From NCBI RefSeq assembly GCF_006345805.1, contig NC_043009.1:45446001-45510000 (forward strand): DNA of 64,000 bases, in the 5' to 3' direction. This document shows, one piece after another, positions 13,003 to 26,808 of the stretch (within the stretch, counting starts at the first letter, position 1; each line of letters starts with the position of its first letter). The translations under genes were made by a program, and so were the position numbers. The notes under the pieces were generated by a model. It searched no databases and was not told the origin of the DNA. It saw nothing but the letters and a program-made list of their open reading frames with translations. The stretch is from Octopus sinensis. Its lineage: Eukaryota.

Positions 13003-13747
13003 TTTCGTTCAAGTTTACTGAAATTTAATATGTATTCAATGCATGATGTATCATTGTTGGGCCCAAGGCCTAATGAGTAGCCCTCCACGGAAGCTAGATT
13101 AAAAGCCGTCCTATCGGACAGCTTTTAAGCAAGTCATATATATTCATATACGTAAATGTACGTACATCTATGAATACACACGCACATATATACATGGCCA
13201 CTTTCATTGACATATATATTCGAATACAGTGTATATATATATCAATGCACACTTTCATTTACATATTTATACGAATACAAATATATGTACACATTTTCCT
13301 ATGAATATATAAATATAAATTTACATATATATATATTCATTAAAACATGCAATGAATAAAAATATATATTAAGACATTCGTATAGGAGAACCAATAATTT
13401 TTTGTTTAGTTACACTCCACTTAACTCGTTCAATTAACCTAGATATTTTCCAATGCGGATTCATTAACAGATTCTAAGCATATCATGTCCACCATCTGTG
13501 ACAGTATAGGCATATATTTCGCCAAGCCATATTAAATTTCTCTTTGCATTGCATTGTCATTTTTCGTTGATAGATTGGATTGTCTTCTCTCACGATTACG
13601 TTACGTTCGTCAGACACACTTATAGATTCTTTGGCTATTCCACAAGAGAATATTACCGCCAGTTCTAGAGGATTAGTTAAGATAGCGTACAAATGTTGAA
13701 ACAAACTAAGAACTTCGCCATTGTACTTTGTAAGGGCATGTAAACAA

Positions 13748-13853
13748 ATTCTTCTTCTTCATCATCATCATCATCATCTTCTTCTTCTTCTTCTTCTTCT
13801 TCTTCTTCTTCTTCTTCTTCTTCTTCTTCCTCCTCCTCCTCCTCCTCCTCCTG
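13748..13853. repeat. (CTT)n/(CAT)n/(CCT)n compound trinucleotide array
   Basis: Directly visible. Confidence 0.95.
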
Positions 13854-14279
13854 CTCCCCTCAATTCCTACCCCTGTATTCCTCCCCTTCTCCTCTCTTTC
13901 TGCACTCACTTGCACACACACACACACACACACATACACACACATACACACATACAGACACACACACACACACACGTACTCAAAAGACACAAGAACTAGT
14001 ATTAGCGGAGCTTAAACAATACGATTAGAGATAGGAAAACCTGAACAATTAGTTACTCGTGTGTCGTTGAGTGGAGCAGACAATTAAACAACAACAACAA
14101 CACCAACAACAGCAACAGCAACACTTATATTTTTTGTCTATAATGATATTTATAATTCCCGTATTATTTCTATGGCTTCGCTATTGATCTGTTACCTTTA
14201 AGTACAGTGAGGGGTTTTGGTGCATATTCTTACTAACATTAGAATATCTTTTTAAATCTGTTAATATTCGTAAGACTCT

Positions 14280-14337
<58 letters not shown>

Positions 14338-14778
14338 ACATTTACAAACAACGTAAAAACTAACGTAAGTGGATTTTGTTTAATGTACTTAGTGCTTTCT
14401 TCTAGATATTTTATAGAGTGTGTAATACACTTATATGTTTTTGTGTGTGTCAAAAACGATTCTGAGTACATTTATTTGCCTTATTTACCTTTTTTCTGAA
14501 TTATGTTATTTGAACAGAAATTTTTCGGCGGTAGGTAAAAGTATATTTACTCAGATGTGGATGGAGCTGTAAAATAAAAATGAAATTAGATATCTGAATA
14601 TTGTTATCGAATAAGTTTTGCTGGGGATGATGGTTGTTTGCTGGCGCAAAACTATAAATATAAAAAAAAATATTATACACACACACACACACACGTATAT
14701 GTCTACATATCTTGTTTGTGTGTATATATATTTTCACACACAATCCATGTACGTATATGTATATACATATAAATACAT

Positions 14779-14829
<51 letters not shown>

Positions 14830-15011
14830 ATTCATATATGCACATATGTATATATACACACGTATGTCTAAAGATGCATGTATAAATAAAAACATACGCA
14901 CACGTCATCATATATCTATCCACCCGTTATTCGTTCGCTCTGACTGTCTCTGTATCTATGTATGTACATACACACATGCACACATACATTTATATGAATA
15001 TATACGGGTGT

Positions 15012-15055
<44 letters not shown>

Positions 15056-15934
15056 TGTGTGTGCGTGAGTATATAAATATAGACATAAATAAAGACAGAT
15101 AGAGACTGATATATTGCAATTTTGAATAAAATGATTGGAATTATTGAATCTTTGGAGATAATGCAGAATTTTCAAATGTAAATTGAAGAAAATTATTTAT
15201 ATCACATGCAATAGTTTCGCCATGCCAAAAGTATTGTTTCGATATGTAGAAATATGAAGCACAAATCGCTAACTCTCTTGCTCTTGTGGAAGTTATACTT
15301 ATGATACTGGAAATAAGGAATTCCCAAGTGTTCCGCTTTTGGAAATTGAATCGATGAATATGTGGCGCATTTTCACTGAATTAAATTCCCACCGAGGCTA
15401 ATTTAAATTTTCATATTTCCTGGGCTAATGCAATAATGTAACAAGCAGGTCTGTAGATTTGGTAGAATTCGCAGAACGTCAAACGTGATATTTTGTAGTA
15501 TGTGTGCCCTACGGTAGCTTTCTGGCTTCGTGCATATGAACCCTAATTCACCGTTCTATTTAATTCAGCTTCTTGGGCCTTGACTTGGTTTATTATACCT
15601 CAGTGCGTTGCAAGTATTCGGGTTAGTTTCTGGTTTGAAATTAACGTCCTTCATTCCTCCATTCAGTTTTAGTACCACTGAATGAAAAACTTTCTCAACC
15701 ATTGACACTGCTTAATTCTCAGAATAAACAGTGAAAAGAAACTCCGCCAGTTGTAAGGCAAATTGTTTTGAAATTTTGGAAAACGTTATATTAAAGTAAT
15801 CGAAAAATTACATTAATTTTTCTGGAACTCCCGTTGATGACTATGATTGGGTTGGTTTCATTATTGCGTTTTTTTAGTCAATGCAAGCCTTCAAGAACGC
15901 CCAATAAATAACTACCAATAATATTTATAATACT

Positions 15935-16135
15935 TAGGGCTGGCAGAATCGTTACAATACCGGGCAAAATGCTTAGCGGTTTATCGTCCGTCTTTACGTT
16001 CAGAGTTCAAATTTACCATAAGTCGAATTTGCCTTTCATCTTTTCGGAATGGATAAAATAAGTTAAAGGTGAACACTGGGGTCGATATTATGGGTTCGAT
16101 ACTACGGGGTTGATGCTATGGGGTCAATATTCTTT
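15935..16135 (+). mobile_element. SINE family B monomer with short tandem 3' repeats
   Basis: Family B head and centre, followed by about four imperfect GGGGTCGAT-containing units. Confidence 0.72.
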
Positions 16136-17543
16136 GTAAGTATATATGTATTCATGTGTGTACTACGAATTTCTACTGAAAACTTATTATATGTGTGTGA
16201 GAACTTAAAAAGTTTACAAAGCTGTCATTTTCATTTGGTTAATACATAGCGATTAAACGCAAAAATCTAATTGTATTTAAAGTCAAAGATAAATATTTTT
16301 CTATAAGTTAATGCGTGCACTTAGTGATATTTAGCTAACTAGAAAAAATCTTTTGAAATTAGCAACAGAAGTATCGGCACCAGACTTTCATTTCCGTATA
16401 TATTTTGCAAGGATTTGTAATGGATTATGTGAAGTGAGGATAGATCTAATGATTTTAATTAAAATCTTCATGAGAAAAATAAATCGAGTTTATGATTGAT
16501 AGTTGAACTGTAGATCTAGCTGAGGAATGAGGTGAAGTGTTAACTAGTCTTATTTTCACAAATTGAAGCTTATTAAAGAGACTTTTGGTCATGTGCCAGT
16601 TACATAATTACTGTTTTCGTTTAACGAAAAAAATTGATGATTAATGCCATTAAATTTTGTGGAATTTTTGAAACTTGTGAGGTCAAAATAAATATTGATA
16701 AGTTATGGAAAGGTTGGAATAAACGAACGACTCGTAGTTGATTGCTGAATTCTGAATGAGAAGACTTGAACAAAATGTCTAGGGGGTGATACGTGGGAAT
16801 ATGAGAAAGTAGTAAGGAAGAAAGAAAAGTGTTCATCGTTTTGCGCAGGATAGAAGCGCCCCGAAATTGACTGCCATATATAAGCATGCAGAATTCAGCT
16901 GCTTTACGTCCAGGTCAACGAAACTAACGAGGAGAAATACCATGAAAGATGTAAACCTTGCGCAATTCGTAATTCAACGGCTAACTACTACTATCTAGCA
17001 TTAGATTCATTCAATTCATCGATTAACATTTTAGCATTACGTTCAACAACATCCACTTTTACGCAGATTTTTCTCTAATCTCTCCTCACCAGGCATCATC
17101 CAGATACAACCGAGATATTAGACTTCAAATTTGCACTGATTCCACGAGCATACACCATAAAAGCAGAAAGCATCCTCTAAAGGCGACAAGCTCATCTTGA
17201 CTTAGAGATGACTGACACATACACACATATACACATACACACATACGCACGCACGCACACGCACAAAAACATACACAGAGACACATACTTGCGCTACTCA
17301 TACCAAGAAACGATTGTCGATGCCACTCTTCCGTAAACAACGTCACAACTAAGTTAAGCAAGTACTGAATACAAACAAATATCGTTAGGTAATCCGTACT
17401 TAACTTTAAAACTTCGATCTACTTCATCTATTACAACGACATATTATGGATGTTCGGGTATTACATTCTAATATTTTAAGATAACGGTATTTTAAAGATC
17501 AATAATAAATCTCTGAACGAGGTATAGACAGTAACTGCACGAC

Positions 17544-17758
17544 AATGTGAAGTATATTTGCCATCTAAATATGGCTAACCACTAAGGGTGGATGTTACTA
17601 TAGCTTGTAGCCCCAGGAGAACATCTTCTCCAGCTGGCTATTGACACACTTTCTGTGCCCTATCGGTATTTGCAAGAGAGGTCTCCTGGGGCTACAAGCT
17701 ACAGTAACATTCACTCTTAGTGGTTAGCCATATTTAGATGGCATATATACTCCACATT
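17544..17758. mobile_element. Small MITE with ~77-bp TIRs
   Basis: 17544-17620 (AATGTGAAGTATATTTGCCATCTAAATATGGCTAACCACTAAG...) is an inverted match to 17682-17758. Confidence 0.85.
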
Positions 17759-18851
17759 TTAAAGATCGTTGCATAGAAAGCATAAATATTATATTTTGTC
17801 AACGAAACAGTGGGGATAACGAAACAGTTTAGATTTAGTGAGCTAAACAACAGTTGAAATTTTGACGTTCTCAGTTAACTGACGACAACTATCCAATTTC
17901 CGTTTTGCTTCTAAGTTTCTGAAACACGCTTGGGTTGACATACGAATAGATACATATGTATCTGTGTATAATTCAGCGTGTGTGTATGTGTCTCCTAAAT
18001 TCATTGATATGTACAGTCAACAACAAGGTCGATTGAACAATACAGTTGTTCTGACATATTCTGGTATACCATAAATACAACTCTCTCCCTCTCTCCTTCC
18101 CTTCCTCTCTCTCTCTCCCGCTGTCCCCCTCCCTCTTTCCTTCTATTCTCCCTCTCACATACACAGAACTCCATGCACTCCCCATGTATGTACAACATTT
18201 ATATAATTGTTCTGTGTGGCTTAAAAATATCTCTGCATCTCCCTACCGTCTATTTCATAAATATTCAAAACTTAACGAAAGCTGAAATTAAATTGGCATT
18301 AGAAAAGATGAATTAGAAAGAAAAAAAAACAACTTTGTTTTGTATTCATAGACTTGGTACTATCTGTTATAATGCTACTGACGGGAAAAATATAGTTTAG
18401 TTGATTCTTTCTCCAGGTTTTGGCTTCATAATCAACTTTCAAAGGTAAAAATGTTTTTCGTTTTGTTCTGTTGAAGTAATTCAATAAGAAAATCTAACGC
18501 AACAGACGAGGCTGTAACACCATGCCAGAATGTAAGAAATCTTGGCGTTGCCAACGTAAAACAATACATTCATTCTCACATCTAGAACGTTGGCGTCTGG
18601 CTCTCACTTGCTTATCGATATCCGTTGATTGTTGGAAGAGATACAATGCAGTTTCGTTATGATCGTCTTCTGACGAAGATTTGGTTATTTGACCTTTGCA
18701 AGAGACAGAAACTACTTTGTAAATATTGAAAAAAAAAAAAGCAAAAATATTTGAAAGTGAGCTGTTATTTTGAGCTACTTACATGTTTTGTGCTGAAATA
18801 TTGTGCTCTACAACTTATATAATACACGTCTAATAATATCGGTATATAGTA

Positions 18852-19153
18852 GAGGCGCAGTGGCCCAGTGGTTAGGGCAGCAGACTAGTGGTCGGAGGAT
18901 CGCGGTATCGATTCCCAGACCGGGCGATGTGTGTGTTTATTGAGCGAAAACACCTAAAAGCTCCACGAGGCTCCGGCAGGGGATGGTGGCGACCCCTGTT
19001 GTACTCTTTCGCCACAACTTTCTCTCTCTTCCTGCTTCTTGAGTAACGCTGCGATGGACTGGCGTCCCGTCCAGCTGGGGGGAACACGTGCGCCACAGAA
19101 ACCTGGAAAACGGGCTCATGAGCCTGGATAGGCTTGAAAACGGCGACAAAAAA
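18852..19153 (+). mobile_element. tRNA-derived SINE family C (V-SINE-like 3' part)
   Basis: A box TGGCCCAGTGG and B-box-like GGTATCGATTCCC. GCGATGGACTGGCGTCCCGTCCAG resembles the V-domain motif (from recall). Second copy at 51761. Confidence 0.8.
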
Positions 19154-19606
19154 TATCGGCATATAATCTCTCTGTGTCGTTTCCAGTCTCCTTTCCTCTC
19201 TTGCATACACACATACATTCATACATTTATAGTCGATTATACTAAAGAGATAAAACAAGGTTGAACATTTCTAACATATTTATCTATTAGTTAGTTGAAT
19301 AAATTCGTTTTAATATCACCATAATCTATATGTTTCCTCTGCAATAAAATATTAATGTCTTATACTAATGTTTATCGGAGTATATGGAGAGTCAATATTC
19401 TTTATTGAAATTTTGGACAAAATTTTGAGCATCAGGTAAGTTACTTATAGACTGTGTTTAGTGTATAGTTAAGTATGACTAATCTTAGTTTGTAGTTAAC
19501 TATAGGACTATAGTATTCACTTTGGTTTTGAATACTTCTAGGACTAAATTTGACTTCTAGTTACCTGTAGGATTAATATACTAAATTTATCCATGCCACT
19601 GGTTAA

Positions 19607-21175
19607 CCTTGTATCTGTCTAGCGTGCCTGGATCATAAAACATTGTACAGATATGAACCAAGAAAGAAGAGTTCATTTTATGAAGTCAAAAGGAAACTAA
19701 GTTTCCAATTGATTGATCCTTCTGAAATAACAGCCAAATCTTCTCTCGCACCTTTCAGTGCAATAAATAGTCACGGCTCGTATACCATTGGAATGTTTGC
19801 TCAATCACGCTATCTGATTGTGACTAAATAATAATTCAAATCTGTTTGTAGCAGGAATACTTCTACGTCTAAACATATGGGTGTAACATAACCGTGTTTA
19901 CCTTGTAAATGTGTGTCTTTTATAAGAAATCAATATTAGGAAGCATCGAAAAGATAATGGTTCTTAGTTGTTACCAACTTTATAAGAAGATTTGTTATCG
20001 AATTTCTATTGTTTCCAACAGGTTTTTGAAAAGTACATTTATTATGATCAGAAAATACATTTTCCATACATCAAATAAAGCAAATATAAAGAAACGATTA
20101 TTTTTCATATTGATTCTGAAGCATTATTTTAATACCTTTTATAGTTTAAGAAGTGGCAAATAAACATGACAACATTTGTGCATCTAAGATAAATCGTATT
20201 TTTCTATAGAAATTATATACATTTTTTAGTCTGTGTATTGGTGGTGCATATTTGTAAAAATATAAATATACACATACACACAACCACAAATATACAGACA
20301 TTATATATACATACACGCACGCAAACACATCTGCACGCATACACACATGCATAGGTATACACATACATATGCTGATGTATTGGCGTTCGTATAAAAGTGT
20401 GCATAAAGCTTATCGAGACTTTAGAATAGATTTAATATGCAAACATCTCTAACGTCTGAAGATTAACAATCTCCCGAATACTGATAAACTACCGCAATGA
20501 CACGACGTGTACACAAAAGTATTAAAGCAAGAACTGTCATTTTTTCTTCTGTATTTGCAGACTGGTTATATCACTTCAGATAGATTTTAAGATAAATAAC
20601 CTCACTTTATTTTATTTGATTGATAAAAAAAAAGTCTAAATAACTTATAAAACTTAAATATAGGAAAAGAAGAAAAAACATAGTTTCACAATATATTTTC
20701 ACATGGAAAAAGACATTCCACATCAATATCTTATAACTCACAATAATTCACCAACTTTTTATTGACAGATTCAACAGGGAATCAAAAGTAATTGTCATAA
20801 TTTTTTCCACATATCTCTGAATTAAATTGTGCATAGGGGACAAAAATAATTTGTCACATTATCACACATTCTGCGTTCAAATCCCATTGGGTAGTTTGAT
20901 GTTGTTCATATTGTGGTACTTCATGAAATTAGTTATGTTCAGAAGATCGGAACTCTACACCCATAGCAATGTTTTGTGAACTAACGACAAAAATGGGTGC
21001 ATATCATACCGTAAGTTTTGTGATCCAAGCACACTAGGCAGATACTATGTGAAGATTTTCCCGTTATTTCAAGTGGATCGATCACTTGCAAACTTTATTT
21101 TGTTGAACTCTCTTCTCTTGGCTGCATATCTTTATCATAACTTTTATGATCCAAGCGCGCTAGACGGATACAAGG
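19607..21175. mobile_element. Possible old piggyBac-like non-autonomous element bounded by TTAA
   Basis: TTAA (19603-06)-CCTTGTATCTGTCTAGCGTGCCTGGATCATAAAA is inverted at TTTTATGATCCAAGCGCGCTAGACGGATACAAGG-TTAA (21176-79). No transposase was seen inside. Confidence 0.4.
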
Positions 21176-21764
21176 TTAACCGGTGGGATGGATGTATTTA
21201 GTATATTATTCTCACATGCAACTATAAGCCAAGTCTTACAAATATTCACAAGCTAAGGTTAGCTAAGGTTAGTCTTATAATTAACTTCAAAGCAAACGTA
21301 GTGTATAAGTAACTTACTAATTAAGCTTAGTCCTGGCGCTCGAAATTTTCCCAATGATACTTTCTACGAGATAATAGATTCAAAATATATGCACTGGTTG
21401 TCGTATGTATTAACTACTTACAAATAAATATAAATGGCGAGTGACTTACAATATGAGGACTTATGATGTTTCACATAGATGTTTAAAATCATAAAAAAAA
21501 CACGAAAGAAAGGATAGTTAGGTAATTATAATTAGACATTTAAATTATTTCCTAATTAAGTTAACCGAGCCGTCAAATATAACACTTATTTCAAATCACG
21601 CTTTTTAGATTCAATTTCACTTTTCGGTTGGTTTAACAAATTTAATTTATAGACATAAGATGACATCTTTTCCTTGGTTTTCCTCTGGGTGTAGAATATT
21701 TATTAAGTGCATTCTGCCAATCAATGTGAGAAAAGGTCGACTACATTAGATTCATTTATTTATT

Positions 21765-21836
21765 TATTCATTTATTTATTTATTTATTTACTTATTTATT
21801 TATTTATTTATTTACTTACTTACTTATTCATTTATT
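21765..21836. repeat. (ATTT)n/(ACTT)n array
   Basis: Directly visible. Confidence 0.93.
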
Positions 21837-21980
21837 TCTTCAATTAATTAATCTTTCGGAATTACATAAGCTAGTTTCAGAGAATATATAGGCGCCTGAT
21901 CTTTAAAAAACCTACTTTGCACTCATTATCTGTGTATATAGCTCTCCCCGCCCCCTCTCTCTCTATCTCTATCTCCTGTA

Positions 21981-22385
21981 TACTCTTTTACTTGTTTCAG
22001 TCATTTGACTGCGGCCATGCTGGAGCACCGCCTTTAGTCGAACAAATCGACTCCAGTACTTATTCTTTTTAAGCTTGGTACTTATTCTATCGGTCTCTTT
22101 TGCCGAACCGCTAAGTTACGGGGACATGAACACACCAACATCGGTTTTCAAGCGATGGTGGGGGACAATCACATACCCACAAACACACACATACACACAT
22201 ACACACACACACACACACACATATATACGACGGGCTTCTTTCAGTTTCCGTCTACCAAATCCACTCACAAGGCTTTGGTCGGCCTGAGACTATAATTGAA
22301 GACACTTGCACAAGGTGCCGCGCAGTGGGACTGAACCCGGAACCATGTGGTTGGTAAACAAGCTACTTAGCACACAGCCACTCCT
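21981..22385 (-). mobile_element. SINE family A copy
   Basis: Same head, internal (CA)n/(TA)n and tail as other copies. Confidence 0.88.
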
Positions 22386-22708
22386 ATATATATATACACA
22401 CCCACACACATACACATAATAAATATATAATATCATAGAATTTTATAAAATCTTACTGTTCCTTAATAAACACACATGCGCATACGTTAAACACTCACAA
22501 ATTACAATATGATATAATATAATGATAAGACGCATACACACATTATAAAACAAATATTCTGGAGGTATTTTGATTTGGGACTAGCAAAACGGTATTGGCT
22601 TGAATATTGGAACGAGACCGACAAAGCATCTTGTCATGGGAATCGTTTAAAAGGGGGCTACGTAGAATGTTCTTGCTTGTTTTGATTTCAATATTTTTTT
22701 CTACTTGG

Positions 22709-22885
22709 AAAAGGCGGCGAGTTGGTAGAATTGTTAGCACGCCGGGCAAAATCTTTAGCGGCATTCATTCTGTCTTCAGGTTCTGCGCTCAAATTCCGAC
22801 TTGGTGGTCGGTTTTGCCTTTCAAAATTTCGAGGTAGATAAAATGAGTATCAGTTGAGCACTGGGGTTGATTTAATCGACCTGTT
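22709..22885 (+). mobile_element. SINE family B monomer
   Basis: AAAGGCGGCGAGTTGGTAGAATTGTTAGCACGCCGGGC...CTGGGGTTGAT. Confidence 0.75.
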
Positions 22886-24081
22886 CATATTTTTATGGTC
22901 AATGAGTTTTGTGCAGTGAAATGGTAAATCGTTTACTGAAATTAATTTTTCTATCAAGACATGGCATGTAATTTGTGTTGTTCAGTTGGAGGCTGAACTG
23001 TTTTAGGGTGTGGATAGGAGGAGAAATAATGCAATCACAAACTACCATGCTCACTTATACAAAACACATCGATATACATACATATACATGCCTGGATGTA
23101 TACATTGTTCAAATGCTGTTACATATCTGCATGCGTCTGTACAAGGATGGGCATGGATGCATAGGCATAGATGTATGTATGCAGTCTCTATGTACATACA
23201 GATATGCACTCGTATTCACTGCCCTTGGTGTGTTCCTATGGAAACACATAAAGAAGGAAAATTTCTCTTAAACCATTTCCAACAAATTCGATAATACGCC
23301 TAGAATGCTCATAGCTGCAATGCCTCTATCATAGGCTTGCAGCCAGGACTGATCTAGCTCTAAACAGCAATGACAGCATATGGCTCACAAGACAATTTAC
23401 TACAGCCATGAAAAATTACAACACCTAATATAACATCACTGTTAGAGCGAAAATTGACGTGAAAATGTACATAGATATAAAGACTTCACCATCTCCAGCT
23501 GCGGAATGATTCTGTTCTTATACAAAATACCTGTTGACGAGACATGATATAAATGAAAAAAAATAAATAAATAAAGGGGAAAATAAATTTAATGTGTTGC
23601 AATGCGAACAATCATGTCGACCAGTAATTTCAATCGCTGGTTTCGAAATTTCAAAGCAAAATAATTATTGATTAGTCGATTCAGTCAACATCGCTATGGT
23701 GATATTAACTATAATAACTACAGTTTATATTAGATAAAATACGTATTGAATAACGAAAAAGAAAAACAAACAAAAAAGCAAAATACAAAAAAAATCCCCA
23801 AAACAAATGCATTAAAAGATAAGTTGAATTTTGTAATATTAACTCTTGCACTACAACATCAATGTTAATCACGGTTTTATGGCTCGCGGTTCAATATTTG
23901 GTTGTATGTAATGGTACAAGATTGACGTACTTTGAATATCAGCAGTTATTACAGAAAATTGTGTATACCAAACAGCAATCTATATGTAACATATTCACAG
24001 ACACTTTGGAACACGATCATACACAGTCATACACACTTAAATACAAGCATATGCACGCATACGTATAAACAAAGACACATA

Positions 24082-24280
24082 TACTCTTTACTCTTTTTAC
24101 TTGTTTCAGTCATTTGACTGCGGCCATGCTGGAGCAAGCCTTTAGTCGAGCAAATCGACACCAGGACTTATTCTTTGTACTTATTCAAGTACTTATTCAA
24201 TCGGTCTCTTTTGCCGAAGCGCTAAGTGACGGAGGACATAAACACACCACCATCGGTTGTCAAGCAATGCTAGGGGGACA

Positions 24281-24334
<54 letters not shown>

Positions 24335-24497
24335 CATATATACGACGGGCTTCTTTCAGTTTCCGTCTACCAAATCCTCTCACAAGGCTTTGGTCAGCCC
24401 GAGGCTATAGTAGAAGACGCTTGCCCAAGATGCCACGCAGCGGGACTGAACCCGGAACCATGTGGTTGGTAAGCAAGCTACTTTCCACACAGCCACT
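24082..24497 (-). mobile_element. SINE family A copy
   Basis: Same family sequence in reverse orientation. Confidence 0.88.
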
Positions 24498-24832
24498 ATA
24501 GCGTTACTTATTTTACTTTTTAATTAGAAAAACAATTACTGCCCAAAACTTTTATGTGTACTTTCCCTATGTCGACATATATTTTGTGCCTAATCATGGG
24601 GCTACGCAAAAATATATTGTGCTAATGAGGTCAAATAATACTGAAACGTTCTTGTAGCTATCCCTCTAAGCTCCAAACAACAGATATCAAATTTTCTGCT
24701 GAGGCATGTCGTATTAAGCCACTATAGAAAGCAAGGACGTAAATATTCCTCTCAGAGCGGCACTGCTGAAAACAATTATTTTGAAGGGATTAGGTTGACG
24801 GAAACTAAAAGAAGCCCGTCGTATATATATAT

Positions 24833-24892
<60 letters not shown>

Positions 24893-24934
24893 ATATATAT
24901 ATGTAGACATACACACACATACATAATTAATACA

Positions 24935-25150
24935 AAAAAAAACGGAAGAACACAAGAAAAAACAACAACGCGAGGACGTGCTACATGCAAGGTATTAATA
25001 GGACGCTGAGGAAGGAAAGAAAGGGTGCTTTACGTTTCGAGCAAAGTTCTTTTACAGAAACAGGAAACAGAGGAGAGTCCAAGAGAAAAGGCACACGGGG
25101 GAACAAAATCGCCAACAATCTACATGTAGTTATATTTCAGAATGACGGGA
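24935..25150 (-). mobile_element. Penelope-like terminal fragment (related copy at 26370-26482)
   Basis: The two loci share GCGAGGA(C/T)GTG..ACATGCAA.GTATTAATA...TTCGAGCAAAG.TCTT, and the minus strand gives a hammerhead-like GAGC-TTT-GCTC-GAAACGTA. Confidence 0.5.
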
Positions 25151-25799
25151 AGTAGATGGACAAGAGAAAGTGCTTTCTAAGACAGGAGAGTGTAAAGAAA
25201 GGTGGTATCTGTGTGTATGTGTGAGTGTCTATGCGCGCGAGCGTGTATGATGGCATGTTTGTGTGTGTTTATATATATATATGGTAGCGTGTGTTGCTGT
25301 AACTGGATGTGTGTTTGCGTATGGTGGTAGTGGTATGTGTGATACCCTGTGTTTGAGTAGGTGTGGCAGTAAATAAATGTGTGTGTGTGTGTGTGTACGC
25401 ATTTGTGGTGTGTGTGGTATTCACTGTTTATATGTGTACGTGTGCGTGATCGATATGTCTGTTAAAGAGATCAGCATCTAGGGTAACAGGCATGGTTGTT
25501 TTTGTGTAGTTTTGTGTTTGTGCAATAGTGCGTAGATGGGGATGGTCAGTGAGGAGGTGTCTGAGAGGCAGTCTGAATGGGTGGGTGTGTATATGTGACT
25601 GTGTGTATGTGTGTGTGTGTAGGTTTGTGTACGTAGACGCAGTGGGAATGTGTGTGTGTGGACATGTGTATAGGTGTGTGTGTGTGTCTCGCTCCTTGTG
25701 CCACTGTCTCTCATTGTTTGTCTCTGTATGTGTGTTAGTTCGCCTGCGTGTGTGGGCATGTGTGTCTATGGGTGTGTGAGTGAGTGTGTGCGTATGCTG

Positions 25800-26335
25800 G
25801 TACTATTGTGGTCACTTGATCGAAGTTTGAGCCTGATCGTGCCATTTTTCTTTCTCGTTTTACATGTAAAAATGGCCGTTCCACTAGCAATGTGCACCAA
25901 TGAAGGACAAAGTGCAGTGATCCGATTTCTCTGGCCGCAAGGCTCTTAGCACAATACAGGGTAGAAATGTGTATGACTGAAGATCGAGAAGTTTAAAAGT
26001 GGCTGGACAAACGTGATGCACGAAGAGGGAGCAGAATGCCCGTCAACCTCTATCACTGACGAGAAGATTCAGCAAGCTCGAGAGATGGTAGTAGTGAACC
26101 GGTTCATCATTACTATCTCTCGGATCACTGCTCTTTGTTCTTCTTTGGTGCACATTTCTTGTGCCGCGGCCATGTTTACACTATAAAGCCAGCAAGAAAA
26201 ATGATGCGATCAGGCTCAAACTTTGATCACGTGACCACAATAGTACACTATAAGCACGCATGCGCACAAGGCAGTGTGATGATAATAAAGATATCCTATG
26301 GCGAAAGTGCGAATAATTTTTGATTTCCCCTCGTA
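25800..26335 (+). mobile_element. Internally deleted mariner-like element with long TIRs
   Basis: 25800-25879 is an inverted match to 26167-26246. The right end ...TTCCCCTCG-TA is a mariner-like TA-CGAGGGG terminus. The interior encodes a broken mariner N-terminus (MAVPLAMCTNEGQSAVIRFLW, EKFKSGWTNV..EEG...PSTSITDEKIQQAREMV). Confidence 0.75.
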
Positions 26336-26808
26336 TATATATATACAATTAACCCCCCCCCAAACGTAAAAAAACCCCAACAAAAACAAAGCAACCATGC
26401 GAGGATGTGGCACATGCAAAGTATTAATAAGAAGGGAAGGAAAGAAATACTGTTTTATGATTCGAGCAAAGCTCTTCTTCCTCATATATATACATACATA
26501 AAATCGATTTGTTCTGTACATTAACATATTGGCTACTTACTGCTTTAGGATTAGTCAAGTCATGTAGACATCCTTGTTAAGAACCCAATAAGGATCGAAA
26601 ATCAATTAAGATTGTACATCATTTTTGCCATCTATAGATAAATAGTTAAATTTGCCATGTTTGTAGGCCTGCTAAGTATGCTTACATACACGTTGATACG
26701 TATATACATTTTTATTTATACACATATATATCTACATGCATATGGATACACGTACACACACGCACGTTTAGTTATATGTATACGTATATACATATATACA
26801 TATACACA

